Source: a virus
Lineage: Duplodnaviria > Caudoviricetes
Length of the DNA: 62,355 nucleotides
Direction: 5' to 3' (one strand)
Virus record (IMG/VR): IMGVR_UViG_3300030372_004273
Coordinates: 1-62,355 of that record
The position numbers and the translations under genes were made by a program. Shown piece after piece: positions 16,683 to 26,116 of the stretch (position 1 is its first letter; every line of letters begins with the position of its first letter). Under the pieces are notes generated by a model. It made no database searches and had not been told where the DNA came from. It was given only the letters and a program-made list of their open reading frames with translations.

Positions 16683-17990
16683 TTAAACGGAGTCATTTTT
16701 TGGCTCTATTGGGTCAATATTAAAAAACTGCAAGTTTTTATTACATTTTTGAAAAACTAGGTCATCTACTTCACCTTTGTCTGTTTTTTCATAACCACCA
16801 TTAATAAAGTCAATATATTTTTGTGCTACATTTACTTTATCAAACTGAGGTAAAATCTGTTTTCCGTTTTCTTGCAACTTTAACCACCTGACTTTTACTG
16901 TTACAGCATCGTCTACTATGTCTGCAAATTCTTGAGGAGTAGAATCGTGTGGTATTTGAATATAGTTTTGTTTATCACCCTGACTATGAAAAGGATGTTT
17001 TACTTTTTGAGATGAAGTTATCATACCTAAGTCTGTTGCCATTGGAACAGCACCACAAATAATCGCTTCTACAGTTGTTCTATTAAAATGGGATCCGAAC
17101 CCTGAATATTTAACCGACCAACTTGGATCAATTTGTACACGAGCGTTTTTTAAAATAGAAAAAACTTTTTCGTTTGGTAAAACTCCTGCATAATGCATTC
17201 CGTGTTCTAAAGCATTATCCCAAATACGAGTACCATCAGGTTCAAAGTACTTTTCTTTACACTTATCTTTACTTGTCATGTACCTATATTCAATCCCTGC
17301 TCCACCAACTATTTTGCTTTGCTCATTTTTCATATAAGAGATTGCTCTTACTAAAGTATCCATACGTTTCCAAGCTTTGAATATTTGTACTGCAACCAAA
17401 CCAGTCCTTTCTTCAAATGAATTTAAGTTTTCTTGGGTAACATCAAAAGGGTTACATATCATAGTGCGAGGTAAATCCATTTTAGCAGAAGATTCATAAG
17501 CTGAGTTATGTACACAAACAGAGCCGATAAAGTGTTTTGAAACTTTTGCTAAGTGAGGATACAAATGAGGTAAGTTACCATCATGTATGATAGCTATGTT
17601 TTTAGTTCCATTATCATAAAGTTCTAACCACTCCTTAACACCTTCATTATCTTTATTTAACGTAGGTACTGGAATATGCCAAAGGACAGCATCATACTTA
17701 CCCATATCATGCACAAAGTTTTTTCTATGGTAAGAACTTAGATATGGTATCTTTGGTACTCTAATCCAACCTCTTGCTTGGTGGTGTGGATATCCAGTAC
17801 CTTCAAGCTTTGTAGTGTATTCCCTTATATCTTTAGGTAGCTTTCGCATAGGAGTATACTTGTCTCTAGGGATAAGCATACGGAAATCAACTTCATGTCC
17901 TAACTCTTTTAGCCCTTGAGCTAAAAACTCTACATGATTTATAATACCACCATAATCTTGAATCTGATACATTGTCATAAGTATTCTCAT
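16683..17990 (-). CDS. GT-B fold glycosyltransferase (GT4-like), putative DNA-modifying
   Basis: MRILM...YGGI..H...LA.GL..LGHEV N-terminus; KAWKR.D.LVRA; TTVEAIICGAVPMATD donor-binding segment. Confidence 0.8.
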   Translation of the reverse strand: MRILMTMYQIQDYGGIINHVEFLAQGLKELGHEVDFRMLIPRDKYTPMRKLPKDIREYTTKLEGTGYPHHQARGWIRVPKIPYLSSYHRKNFVHDMGKYDAVLWHIPVPTLNKDNEGVKEWLELYDNGTKNIAIIHDGNLPHLYPHLAKVSKHFIGSVCVHNSAYESSAKMDLPRTMICNPFDVTQENLNSFEERTGLVAVQIFKAWKRMDTLVRAISYMKNEQSKIVGGAGIEYRYMTSKDKCKEKYFEPDGTRIWDNALEHGMHYAGVLPNEKVFSILKNARVQIDPSWSVKYSGFGSHFNRTTVEAIICGAVPMATDLGMITSSQKVKHPFHSQGDKQNYIQIPHDSTPQEFADIVDDAVTVKVRWLKLQENGKQILPQFDKVNVAQKYIDFINGGYEKTDKGEVDDLVFQKCNKNLQFFNIDPIEPKNDSV

Positions 17991-18910
17991 AGTACTGCTC
18001 CCTCAGGTGGTTTTTGGAAAAGGTCATCTTGCTTACCATTATATCTACTTCGTGGTTTACCCTCCCCATTTTTTACTCGTATATACTTATCAAACTCACA
18101 AAGGCTATGTTCAATGGTTCGCATATCTACTTGGTCTTTTGGACCAAACCTAAAAGGCAAATGATCTTGAGCTTCGTATAATAGAGTTTGCATTTCTAAG
18201 TTAGCTTGAGTTTGTGAAAGCGACTTTTTTAAATCTCTCTTGTATAACCTATTCAGTCCCCTCTTTGCTCCTGGTCCTGCGTTAGCCCAAGTATAACGGT
18301 CTTTTGCCGTCCCCAAAACAGACGTGTAGTTGAGGTCGGTAACGACTTCGTATGACATAAAGCCTCCCCCTCCCCATCCCCTAAACTTACCCATCGCTTC
18401 ATGCGTGGCTTGTAACGACTGCGTTTCTTGGGATACCTTCGCCAGATCTTCTTTCGCTTTCCATATCGGGATGAGAAACTCATCTACAACAACCTCAGAT
18501 TTAGGTTTCTTTATACCTTGATTAGTAATTATATATGCTCCAGTAAAAGTTCGTAAACCTTCGTGTAACCTTTTTTCTAAAATAAATTTAGTTGATTCAG
18601 GTTCCCAATCTTTTACCCAACCATGCTCTTCAGCAAACTCACTTGTACCTATCATTCTAAACAAACAACAGTTAAATATAATTTCAGCAGGAGGACGATT
18701 GTCATTTGGTTTAGTCCAGTTCTGACGCATCCAAACTGTTACCCTATCATTTTCCCTAAACGGATTTGTAAATTTATAATCCCTTAATATGGGGTCGTAA
18801 GTCCAAGGAGGAGGCTTTCCTGCACTCCTCACTTTGAACATGTTATGGCGTTCATCTATCCAATAGAAAAACTTTTCAACCATACTTTCATCTAATAACT
18901 CACTAACCAT
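17987..18910 (-). CDS. 5hmdU DNA kinase-like protein (aGPT-Pplase1, helical glycosylase-like fold)
   Basis: FFYWIDERH...PPPWTYDPILRDYKFTNPFRENDRVT, FTGAYII, FMSYEVVTDL, GPGAKRGL, IEHSLCEFDKY.R. Confidence 0.85.
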   Translation of the reverse strand: MVSELLDESMVEKFFYWIDERHNMFKVRSAGKPPPWTYDPILRDYKFTNPFRENDRVTVWMRQNWTKPNDNRPPAEIIFNCCLFRMIGTSEFAEEHGWVKDWEPESTKFILEKRLHEGLRTFTGAYIITNQGIKKPKSEVVVDEFLIPIWKAKEDLAKVSQETQSLQATHEAMGKFRGWGGGGFMSYEVVTDLNYTSVLGTAKDRYTWANAGPGAKRGLNRLYKRDLKKSLSQTQANLEMQTLLYEAQDHLPFRFGPKDQVDMRTIEHSLCEFDKYIRVKNGEGKPRSRYNGKQDDLFQKPPEGAVL

Positions 18911-19541
18911 TTGCAGGACGCAACTCTATAGCTTTAGCTTCTATAGCTATCTTAACATCTTTTAAACTTCCAGGAGAAGGATTTAAGTTTCTTAGCTTAT
19001 CTAAAGCTTCTGCCAAGTTTTTAGATTCTAGTATTACTTGTTGGTTGCGATGTCTGTTAGTGCCAACTTTAGGAGTTGGCTCCTTTACCAAAGCTACAAT
19101 TACATCGCTAGGATCAAACCCATTACTACTCTTGGGTTGAGTTACTTTTGGTTTTTCTTCATTTACTTCCATTTTGTTCTCCACAATTTGATTGATATAT
19201 TGGTCTGAATATAGTTTTGCTTTTTTCTTTACGAGTGAATGTAAAGCCAAGCATGAAGTATTATGGTTAGGGAATCCTTTATTATTGTCCCATCTACCAC
19301 CTTCTATTTCGGCACAATCCTTCAGACCAAAGGACTGCCAAATAGAATCAATTAATTCTTTGCTATAATTTTCTTTTAAACTTTCAAGGCTATCGTCGTT
19401 GTACACAACTAGATTACAAAGCATTTCTGGATGAGCCAATACACCCATCGCTTTAGAAGCTACTCGTAAATCTTTAAATTTATAAAACAAAAAAGGTGGA
19501 CCATCACTTCCTGGAACACCATCGCTAATAACATAAAACAT
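18903..19541 (-). CDS. Hypothetical protein heading the modification operon
   Basis: Likely start MFYVISDG at 19541 after GAAAGGG; overlaps the kinase-like gene. Confidence 0.7.
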   Translation of the reverse strand: MFYVISDGVPGSDGPPFLFYKFKDLRVASKAMGVLAHPEMLCNLVVYNDDSLESLKENYSKELIDSIWQSFGLKDCAEIEGGRWDNNKGFPNHNTSCLALHSLVKKKAKLYSDQYINQIVENKMEVNEEKPKVTQPKSSNGFDPSDVIVALVKEPTPKVGTNRHRNQQVILESKNLAEALDKLRNLNPSPGSLKDVKIAIEAKAIELRPANG

Positions 19542-19570
19542 ATATTTCCCTTTCTTTGGAAAATTAAGTA

Positions 19571-19597
19571 ATGCCCCTATTCTAATAATAGGGGCAT
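19571..19597. terminator. Stem-loop after the DUF932 gene (terminator or processing site)
   Basis: Perfect 11-bp stem ATGCCCCTATT/AATAGGGGCAT. Confidence 0.6.
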
Positions 19598-19618
19598 CAC
19601 AGGACAACAGTTATTTTA

Positions 19619-20662
19619 TCAAGCTACTTTAGCATATTCAACTGCTTTGTCTAGTGCTTTTCTTTTGGTCATAGCACCAGTCCCAAACCATGCAGAGTGT
19701 AAAGCGTTACCCTCAGCTTTGGATTTTTTCTGGTGGTCTACAACATAAGTTACTGCGTTCAACGCTCCCCACCAAGTACCTTTTGCAGATTTAAGGTTGC
19801 TTCCTGGAGATAAGTCAACAGCATCATAAACTTGTTGTGCCGTATGCTTAAACTCATCCCATAGTGGTGGCAATGGTACGCTATTGTTCACATCTAACTC
19901 ACGGTGTTTAGCCCTTTCAATTAACAAGTTAGATTGAAACAGTTCGGCAATATAGTTAGCTATTTGTGAATCCTTTGCTCTTTTGCTAGCTAGGAACTCA
20001 GACTGTTCTTGGAACAACTTCATTTGTTGTGAACTAATACCAAGAGCTTCTTCAGCAGACTTTTGTATTTCCTCATCAAACATTTGTAAGTGTAATACTC
20101 TAAACCTATTGCCATCTGCATTAAGTGCCATCGTAAGAGTGTTATTACAAACAACTCTTATTGGTGTGAACATAACTGTCATAGCTTTACCAACTTGGTG
20201 ACTATTATTCAAAAGCAAGTAGCCTTTAATTTCATCACCTCCTGCTAGTTGGAAGTTTCCAGTTAGTTTAGCCAACCCCCAGATGTCCTTACCTTGTTTT
20301 AAACTTCCTGCAGTTTCCATTTTCATTTTTCCTGCTTTAGTAAACTTGGTAAAAAAGTTCATCACTTCTGAGTTTTGGAAAGGTACATAACCTTCACCAC
20401 AAGGCGATAACACCTTGTTATCACTGTCACGAACTAAGAAGTAATTGTCTTCACAGCGAAGAAAACTTGCTTCGCCAGTCGGATCAATTATGTTCCAACA
20501 GTTTGGTTTGTCAGTTGTATAAGCAGGACGTTTACTAACTGTCCAGTTAAGACCTGCTGATTCTAACATTTGGTCAGGAGTAAAATTATCATCTACTTGC
20601 TGACCTAGCCCATGCCAAGGAACTTTCCCTGCATAAGCCATAGTTTCTACTTCGTGTGCCAT
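19619..20662 (-). CDS. DUF932 / TIGR03299 phage-plasmid protein
   Basis: MAHEVETMAY...PWHGLG, AGLNWTV, ETAGSL..G, TPIRVVCNNTL, GTWWGALNAVT. Confidence 0.9.
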   Translation of the reverse strand: MAHEVETMAYAGKVPWHGLGQQVDDNFTPDQMLESAGLNWTVSKRPAYTTDKPNCWNIIDPTGEASFLRCEDNYFLVRDSDNKVLSPCGEGYVPFQNSEVMNFFTKFTKAGKMKMETAGSLKQGKDIWGLAKLTGNFQLAGGDEIKGYLLLNNSHQVGKAMTVMFTPIRVVCNNTLTMALNADGNRFRVLHLQMFDEEIQKSAEEALGISSQQMKLFQEQSEFLASKRAKDSQIANYIAELFQSNLLIERAKHRELDVNNSVPLPPLWDEFKHTAQQVYDAVDLSPGSNLKSAKGTWWGALNAVTYVVDHQKKSKAEGNALHSAWFGTGAMTKRKALDKAVEYAKVA

Positions 20663-20674
20663 ATATCCCCCTTT

Positions 20675-20962
20675 CTATGAGTTTAGTTGCACGATTTCAC
20701 TTATGTTAGGTAAACTATCATAAGTTTCAAATGGTACGTCTAAGTACCCTTTACCCCCCTCACCGTCTAGCAAAACGCCTAAACGTAACTCTACATCATT
20801 ATGGGGCATTGTAAATATTACTGGAAACTTGTCTGTATCAGAAAGCTCAAGTAACTTAGTACTATCCAATGCTCTGTTCCTATTAGTGCGTAAAGCTTCG
20901 TTGTTAGCTTCAAGCAAAGACTGCTTGGTAAAGTATTTGTAGTCTGGTATTTCTTTTTTCAT
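20675..20962 (-). CDS. Hypothetical protein
   Basis: AAGGA RBS; 95 aa. Confidence 0.7.
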   Translation of the reverse strand: MKKEIPDYKYFTKQSLLEANNEALRTNRNRALDSTKLLELSDTDKFPVIFTMPHNDVELRLGVLLDGEGGKGYLDVPFETYDSLPNISEIVQLNS

Positions 20963-21043
20963 TTAATATTCCTTATAAAAAATTAACCATGTATAATATA
21001 AACCACATATACTTTACCATGATAATTCTTATTAGTTCTTATT

Positions 21044-22564
21044 TTATCTGCCAGATAAATTAAAACCTTGACTAAACATAGGATGCACTAAATGTAGGTT
21101 TTGCTGTGCTCTAGTCAACCCTACATAAAATACTCTTACTTCATCTTCTTCAAATGTATTTATTTTTCTCCACATAGAATAAGGTCTACGCATCGTATCT
21201 GTTAACATTAAAACATTAGTAGCTTCTGCTCCTTTTGCAGAGTGTATAGTTGAAATCCTAATTCGTGGTTCACGAGTAAGTGACTCACCTTTTCTTAAAC
21301 AAGCTTTTAAATATGCCTTATCTGTTTTTGATATTTTACCTAATCCTTCATCCCATGAAAGGCTATGCAACAACCCATGTTGTTGACGTAATTCTTCCAT
21401 TGAATAAAAAACACCCTCTTTACCATCAGGCATTGTTTTTTGTCCATAAGCAACTTCTGCATTCAAAAGCATAAATTTGTATATGTTTCTTACTTGATCG
21501 GCTGTTATTTTACCACCTTCTCTTAAATGTTCCCACAACTTAACTGCTTCAATAACTTTACTGTCTAAACTTTTAGAGCCATTGTAAATATACAAATGTC
21601 CTCTACGTCTTACCTCTTCTTCTATTTGTAATGCTCCCCTTGTAGTACGACTTAATAATAGCCAATCACCTTGTGATAAATCAACTTTTTCTGAATGGGA
21701 ATGCCACATGATAGTACCTTGCTCCTCCTTTGGAGCAAACGGTTTTTCGTGCCTAGATACCAACTTTTTTATTACTTGATTAGAAAGTTCATGGTGCTTT
21801 GCAGGAATTCTATAGCTTTTATCTAACAAAATTATTTCCCCTTGTAGATTCAAAAAATGTTGAACATCAGCTCCTGCATATCTAAAAATAGCTTGGTCAT
21901 CATCTCCTGCAATATATACCTTATCAGAATTTTTTATGAGTAAATTAACCATTTCCCATTGAATGGGTGAAAGGTCTTGGGCTTCATCTATAAACAAAAC
22001 TTCTAGCTTGGGGGAAAGGCTTCTATCAATGAACACCTCTAACATATCTGTATAGTCATATAATCCAAACTTGTTTTTGAAATGTTTTAACCCTCTACTA
22101 ACATAGTCTACTCTAGCCCAATCTGTTTTGAGTGGTACAATACTTTCATTGTAAACTTTTCTCAAAGGTTGACGAAGTATCCTCGACATACCTATTATTT
22201 CTAAAAACTTATCACCATAACCAAAGTCTTTGTAAGGTGTTTGTTGCATACTAGAATCATTGTAAAAGCTACCTATTTTCAACCACTCTGATATTTCTTT
22301 ATATTTTTCTGCATTCATAATTTGATTATGATTTAATCCTGCTTGGAAAAAAGCAAGACTGTGTAATGTTCTAAAATAAGGTAACTCTTTTTTAGTAAGC
22401 TTAAACTCTACACATGCTCTATCAATCGCTTCAGTCGCGGCTCGTCTAGTAAAAGCAAAGTACCCTATTTTATCAGGCGATACTCCTGCTGTAAGGTATT
22501 GCCTAACTAGACTAAGTAACTTGGTTGTTTTTCCAGTTCCAGGAGGACCAAGTACAATGTTCAT
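21044..22564 (-). CDS. UvrD/Rep-like superfamily 1 helicase
   Basis: GPPGTGKT, TLHS, DEAQD, GDDDQAIF, SYR, STIHSAKGAE, YVGLTRA. Confidence 0.93.
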   Translation of the reverse strand: MNIVLGPPGTGKTTKLLSLVRQYLTAGVSPDKIGYFAFTRRAATEAIDRACVEFKLTKKELPYFRTLHSLAFFQAGLNHNQIMNAEKYKEISEWLKIGSFYNDSSMQQTPYKDFGYGDKFLEIIGMSRILRQPLRKVYNESIVPLKTDWARVDYVSRGLKHFKNKFGLYDYTDMLEVFIDRSLSPKLEVLFIDEAQDLSPIQWEMVNLLIKNSDKVYIAGDDDQAIFRYAGADVQHFLNLQGEIILLDKSYRIPAKHHELSNQVIKKLVSRHEKPFAPKEEQGTIMWHSHSEKVDLSQGDWLLLSRTTRGALQIEEEVRRRGHLYIYNGSKSLDSKVIEAVKLWEHLREGGKITADQVRNIYKFMLLNAEVAYGQKTMPDGKEGVFYSMEELRQQHGLLHSLSWDEGLGKISKTDKAYLKACLRKGESLTREPRIRISTIHSAKGAEATNVLMLTDTMRRPYSMWRKINTFEEDEVRVFYVGLTRAQQNLHLVHPMFSQGFNLSGR

Positions 22565-24117
22565 TAGATGATATTGTCAGGTGAATTTAGTTTAGGTAGT
22601 GGCATCTCTTTTTCCTCCGTTTCAAAATGCTCTTGTGGCATTGACCATACATGTACACCTTTACCTCTAACTCGCCAAAACTTTTTTTCTGCTTCAAGCT
22701 GTTGAAGTCTTAGTGTTATTTTGTTAGAAGTATAATGGTTAAAATCATTTACGGACAAATGCTTTTTTATATCTTTTACTTGGAAATAAACTCTGCCATC
22801 TAACCATACAGCTACTCCCTGCAAGATATCCTCACGCTCTTCACCCCTTGCTCTTTCACATGCAAATGCATGAAGTAAATCTTCAAACTCACCACGAAAA
22901 GTAGCATCAGGTGGTACTTCAATAATTGTTACATTATCTAACAAAGTTTGTATTCTAGTTTGCCATGCTCTTTGGTTTACTGAAACTGGAAACTTATTTA
23001 TTTGTGAAACACATTCTTTTTGAAATTGTGTTTGAGTAGTTAATCCTCCAGTTGTTAACTCTACACGCTCTCCATCTACATTCAATATCCAAATAGGTGG
23101 ATCACCATCTATTTTAGTTAAGCTACTTAAATCATTACGAGTAGAAGCAGGACCAACCCCATACTTTCTACCTTTACATAACTCTTTATCACAAAAAGGT
23201 TTAATAGGTTGGTCATCACATTTGTAAAAATACTCTTTCTTTTTCAATTGTCTTATTACTGCTCCAACTTCTGAATGACTTAGTGGAGGAGTTAGGTAAT
23301 CCATATTATATTTTTGTACAAGCGTTTCCCAATTTTCTTCATCAAATAAACGAGCATATACTCCTAAATTAAACAAACCATTGTTGCGTGAACCTTGAGG
23401 AAAGTTCATTGATATAAGTCTCTGTAAACATGGAGGACCATCTGTTAAAACATCTTTACTTGTTCCAAAAGATAAGTCAAGTTTACTTAATTCTTTTGGT
23501 GAGATGATAAATTTTTTACAATGTTCTATAAACTGTTCGGGGGATAAAACTTCACCATTGTATGGATTAAAACCATAGCGAGTGCTGTTCTTACCTGAAT
23601 GGTAGGGCATATTTAAAAAATTTCCAGTGTCTCCTCTATCTAATAATATTTCAGATTGTTTTGGAAATATTTCACTACCTGAAAAACCAAGTGCTGAAGA
23701 TAGTTCCGTCATAACTCTTTGTAATTCACTTGCTTCTATAGGCTCATTCAAAAACAACCATATATGAGCTCCACCACTTTTAGTCCTACCAACAACAGCA
23801 GGAACTTTAGCTTCTTTGAGTGAATTAACAATTTGTTTATGATCTATATCATACTTATCAATATCAATAGCACCCCATTGACAAGTATTATCACTACGAA
23901 TTGGTATTATTCCTAATCCAGTACCACCCTTTAAATGCTCTTCCCACATTTCTAAAGTAGTAGATTCTCTTATAATCTTAGCGTAACCTTGCTTTTTAGC
24001 ATCACTTTGTCTGTTTGATTTTACAACAAAAGTGCCATGAGCAATATCACTACCTTTGAATAAGTTAAAAAATTCTTGTGCTAAAGACATACTTTTTCCT
24101 TTAAAAGTGAGAGCCAT
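22564..24117 (-). CDS. Primase, AEP-like with PriCT-type region (start possibly 24090)
   Basis: WGAIDID, TKSGGAHIW, FPKQ, GNFLNMPY; PPCL...GSRNNGLFNLG C-terminal region. Confidence 0.8.
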   Translation of the reverse strand: MALTFKGKSMSLAQEFFNLFKGSDIAHGTFVVKSNRQSDAKKQGYAKIIRESTTLEMWEEHLKGGTGLGIIPIRSDNTCQWGAIDIDKYDIDHKQIVNSLKEAKVPAVVGRTKSGGAHIWLFLNEPIEASELQRVMTELSSALGFSGSEIFPKQSEILLDRGDTGNFLNMPYHSGKNSTRYGFNPYNGEVLSPEQFIEHCKKFIISPKELSKLDLSFGTSKDVLTDGPPCLQRLISMNFPQGSRNNGLFNLGVYARLFDEENWETLVQKYNMDYLTPPLSHSEVGAVIRQLKKKEYFYKCDDQPIKPFCDKELCKGRKYGVGPASTRNDLSSLTKIDGDPPIWILNVDGERVELTTGGLTTQTQFQKECVSQINKFPVSVNQRAWQTRIQTLLDNVTIIEVPPDATFRGEFEDLLHAFACERARGEEREDILQGVAVWLDGRVYFQVKDIKKHLSVNDFNHYTSNKITLRLQQLEAEKKFWRVRGKGVHVWSMPQEHFETEEKEMPLPKLNSPDNII

Positions 24118-24192
24118 AGCCCAAAGTTATCAGAAAAACTATGGCTCTCGCAACGTAGAGGAACTAATTACGATCAACCTCTACGTTGAACT

Positions 24193-24999
24193 CTACATTA
24201 TGCTATCGTCGTTTTCCTTTGAAGAGTCAACATCTTTAGCTTCTACTTCTCCTGCTTTAGCAGAGTTAGCAAATTCTACTGCCATTTTGAAAATAGAATT
24301 TTCATCACTGTTTGAAAGGTCAATTTCCCTTTCGCGAACTACCTCCCAACCAAACCAACTACCTTTTTCATTTGATTCTGGAACAGTAGTCAGCTTATAT
24401 ATTTGAGACATAAGTGGCATTGTATAAATACCATTCTTGCCTTTACGAGTAAGTGATTGTGATTGGCTCAACCACTTCCTAGCTTTTTTCAACTGTGAAC
24501 TTGTCATAGTAATTAAGGCTCGTTGTGGACCAAGTTCAGGATGTAAGAAAATTACATAAAACTGAGCTGTTCTAGTTAACTCATTTCCATTTGGTAACAT
24601 ATCTTTACTACTATCTTTATCTCTTACAGCAGTTTCTACTATTGGGTCGCTTGGCAAATAACTTTCTACAAAGCCACCTCCTTTTGCAATAGGTATCCAT
24701 TCAACATATCTAGTGTTGTAATGGCATGGTATAACTCTAATACCATCTGTGCCACTGTACCTTTCACTTAATACTGTATTAAAGAAGTCTCCTGCTTCAG
24801 CACCTTCAACATAAGCACCTTCACGCTTTTTAGTTTGGGGACTACTAGAATCTAGTATTCTTAGAAAAGGAATGGCAAGGTCTTCAGCAGTTATTTCACT
24901 GAATCCTGCTCCTGCCATTTCTTCAAATTGTGTTGCACTAGCAACTTGAGTATTTGTTGCATTAGCAACATTAGTATTCGGTTTATTCATATCTTTCAC
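24193..24999 (-). CDS. Putative single-stranded DNA-binding protein
   Basis: DLAIPFLRIL...SPQ, SSQLKKARKW, N.KGSWFGW, acidic C-terminal tail; located in the replication module. Confidence 0.7.
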   Translation of the reverse strand: MKDMNKPNTNVANATNTQVASATQFEEMAGAGFSEITAEDLAIPFLRILDSSSPQTKKREGAYVEGAEAGDFFNTVLSERYSGTDGIRVIPCHYNTRYVEWIPIAKGGGFVESYLPSDPIVETAVRDKDSSKDMLPNGNELTRTAQFYVIFLHPELGPQRALITMTSSQLKKARKWLSQSQSLTRKGKNGIYTMPLMSQIYKLTTVPESNEKGSWFGWEVVREREIDLSNSDENSIFKMAVEFANSAKAGEVEAKDVDSSKENDDSIM

Positions 25000-25538
25000 C
25001 TCTTAATTTTAGTTTCTTCACCGATGTATACACCGAGCAAGTCTTGGGGCAACTCTGCACCAGACTCTACTTGCTCTCTAACCCAACCTTTTAATGTCAT
25101 AGGTTCAACCCATTTTTTAGTGCTAACTGACATATCACGTTGGGAAAGTTCTTCAACAAACTTTTCAGCTTTTTCTTCTTGTCCTCTTACAAAACTTGTT
25201 GATACAACATTTTTTATAAGATCACCGAAACCGTTGTCCACCAACCATTTAAAAGCTTCATCTTGTTTATCTTTTGTAATGGAAGCTCTATAGAATGGTT
25301 TCACTTGTATAGTAGAACCATCATCTAATTTTAACTCTTGTATACTATGCTCAGCCATAGCTGAGGGTAGCTTTTCTTGTGAAATTTCACGCAAGTTAAT
25401 CTTAGCTTCCTTTAATTGTAATTCTAATTCTGATATTGAGTTTTCTAACTGCAACTGTTGTTTGGCGAGTTTACTTACTTGGCTCAAACCACTTTCATCT
25501 ACAGTTTTTAAGTTCTCAGCTGTTGATTCAAAGTCCAT
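24996..25538 (-). CDS. Conserved replication-module protein
   Basis: Coiled coil then AFKWL..NG.GDLIKN, VEPMTLKGWVREQ; start MDFEST after GGAGG. Confidence 0.75.
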   Translation of the reverse strand: MDFESTAENLKTVDESGLSQVSKLAKQQLQLENSISELELQLKEAKINLREISQEKLPSAMAEHSIQELKLDDGSTIQVKPFYRASITKDKQDEAFKWLVDNGFGDLIKNVVSTSFVRGQEEKAEKFVEELSQRDMSVSTKKWVEPMTLKGWVREQVESGAELPQDLLGVYIGEETKIKR

Positions 25539-25873
25539 TATAAACCTCCTGGTTTCCAATTTAAATCTGCTTGTAAGGGATAATATTTTTCTTGTTGCCT
25601 ATCCCATTTCAGCAACTTGAACCTACCATTGTTATGTCTAGAAGCTATAGCAGAAGCAAGAGCAATGGCTACTGGATCTCCTGCTAACAGTAAATAATCG
25701 TTATCTGTAAACTTTTCTAGCTTTCTACCCATTTTTCTGATAGTGGGCTGAGTAGAAAAAGTAGTCTGCTTATCGCTTGTTAACAATATCTCTACGTCTC
25801 CAAACTGTGTAGCATCTGTTATATCTCTGCCACGCATTTCTTGTATTATGTAAACAGTCACGCCTTTCTCCAC
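25538..25873 (-). CDS. Hypothetical protein
   Basis: DYLLLAGDP motif; first gene of the leftward replication arm. Confidence 0.75.
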   Translation of the reverse strand: MEKGVTVYIIQEMRGRDITDATQFGDVEILLTSDKQTTFSTQPTIRKMGRKLEKFTDNDYLLLAGDPVAIALASAIASRHNNGRFKLLKWDRQQEKYYPLQADLNWKPGGL

Positions 25874-25947
25874 ATGCTTTAATTCAGGTGTACTTTACAT
25901 TATAAACGTAATTTTAAAAAATAGTACATTTATTTTTTCTCCCATTA

Positions 25948-25969
25948 TTTCCCAGAAAGCCCCGAAAGT
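25948..25969. repeat. 22-nt dispersed intergenic repeat, copy 2, in the divergent AT-rich region
   Basis: Identical to 4931-4952. Confidence 0.85.
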
Positions 25970-26116
25970 GGAAGATATTATATATTGTATATTATAATAT
26001 ACGAAAAACAGAAAACATTGTTTTATCGTTTTTACCTCTATATATAAAAGTGATAAAAAATTACTGGTAAATGATAACATATAAATATAGTATTTTTATA
26101 TACGCTCTAAAAGAAA

